Below, piece by piece: positions 40,882 to 41,378 of a stretch of 41,378 bases of DNA. The notes below the pieces were generated by a model. That model made no database searches, was not told where the DNA came from, and was given only the letters and a program-made list of their open reading frames with translations. This stretch comes from Campylobacterales bacterium. GTDB taxonomy: Bacteria > Campylobacterota > Campylobacteria > Campylobacterales > Sulfurimonadaceae. The DNA lies in the NCBI GenBank assembly GCA_038205935.1, contig JBBRBK010000012.1, positions 1-41,378 of the forward strand, given 5' to 3'. The translations under genes and the position numbers were made by a program. The first letter of the stretch is position 1. Each line of letters starts with the position of its first letter.

Positions 40882-40949
40882 ATATAACGGTTAAAGATAG
40901 CTAATAAGTCGCCGCTAGGTGACTTATTAGCTACTCTGTTTTGTTAAAT
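40882..40949 (-). mobile_element. Integron attC recombination site (68 bp)
   Basis: Minus strand: R'' ATTTAAC, spacer AAAAC, L'' AGAGTAGC, stem-loop, L' GCTATCT, spacer TTAACC, R' GTTATAT. Begins immediately after a stop codon. Confidence 0.85.
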
Positions 40950-41378
40950 TTAGCCACTAATAGCTGAAATAATAAATGAACCTATTGAAGCAATACTTCC
41001 AGCATGAGGTAATGCTGAAACTAGCGTTTTAATGACTACTTTACTTGGTGCACCTGATTCAAATTGTCTTTGAATGGCGTCAACTACTTCAATAGCATCT
41101 TTTTTTTCTATATTTGAATTAACAATTTTTTCAATTTCTTGACGAAGTAAAGTTAAATGTTCGACAACATCTTGATTTACATTTAAGATGTTTGTAGAGT
41201 TGTCCGTAGAATTATTATTTATTCTAGCATTAGCTCCACTGATATTATAAGTTATAGATTGAATAGCTTTTTCTGCTTCAGGTATTCCAAGTTTTTGTAC
41301 TTTCATTTGATAGTGAGCTGGTATGCTATGGAAAGCTTCGTGAAATCCTGGATCTATTATTTTAAAAGTTTCCGTCCC
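40950..41378 (-). CDS. Hypothetical cassette protein (5'-partial)
   Basis: The frame is open to the window edge (GTETFKIIDPGFHEAFHSIPAHYQMKV...), so the track start at 41306 is internal. Its stop abuts the attC. Confidence 0.75.
   Translation of the reverse strand, partial: GTETFKIIDPGFHEAFHSIPAHYQMKVQKLGIPEAEKAIQSITYNISGANARINNNSTDNSTNILNVNQDVVEHLTLLRQEIEKIVNSNIEKKDAIEVVDAIQRQFESGAPSKVVIKTLVSALPHAGSIASIGSFIISAISG

Noticed and set aside
36954..41378. Complete integron, prophage or IS element
   Set aside because: No integrase, attI, transposase or phage gene is in the window; only an attC and remnants are supported.

Overview
AT-rich bacterial chromosome segment whose proteins look like Campylobacterota, most plausibly Sulfurimonas-like (inferred from MotB, GatA, ProB and the PilZ/HDOD proteins, not proven). 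Bases 1-36,900 are a housekeeping backbone with accessory genes inserted into it. It holds a partial mdtBA, motAB plus a PilZ-like third gene, an MFS and a PiT transporter, a lipoprotein cytochrome c, a two-component system with a TolC/MFP/RND pump, thiF-nitrilase-xseB-metX, metY, a biotin carboxylase, proB-RDD-guaB, gatA, and several c-di-GMP proteins (EAL, HD-GYP, PilZ) plus an HDOD protein. The right end (about 36,950-41,378) looks like the decaying distal end of an integron-type cassette array. It has one canonical 68-bp attC directly behind a stop codon, a half-attC, a GTAG-type REP doublet, and two antitoxins whose toxins are cut off after 4-5 codons at mobile-element-like sequence. A pseudouridine synthase and an ABC-F gene follow. 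Across the whole window the palindrome TACATGTA occurs 16 times by manual count, roughly tenfold above a simple composition expectation, which suggests a HIP1-like iterated palindrome. Three genes absent from the ORF track were read manually: mdtB, a 55-aa membrane protein and a DUF2158/YodC protein. No rRNA, tRNA, CRISPR array, integrase or transposase gene was seen. All family calls come from motif recognition without database searches.
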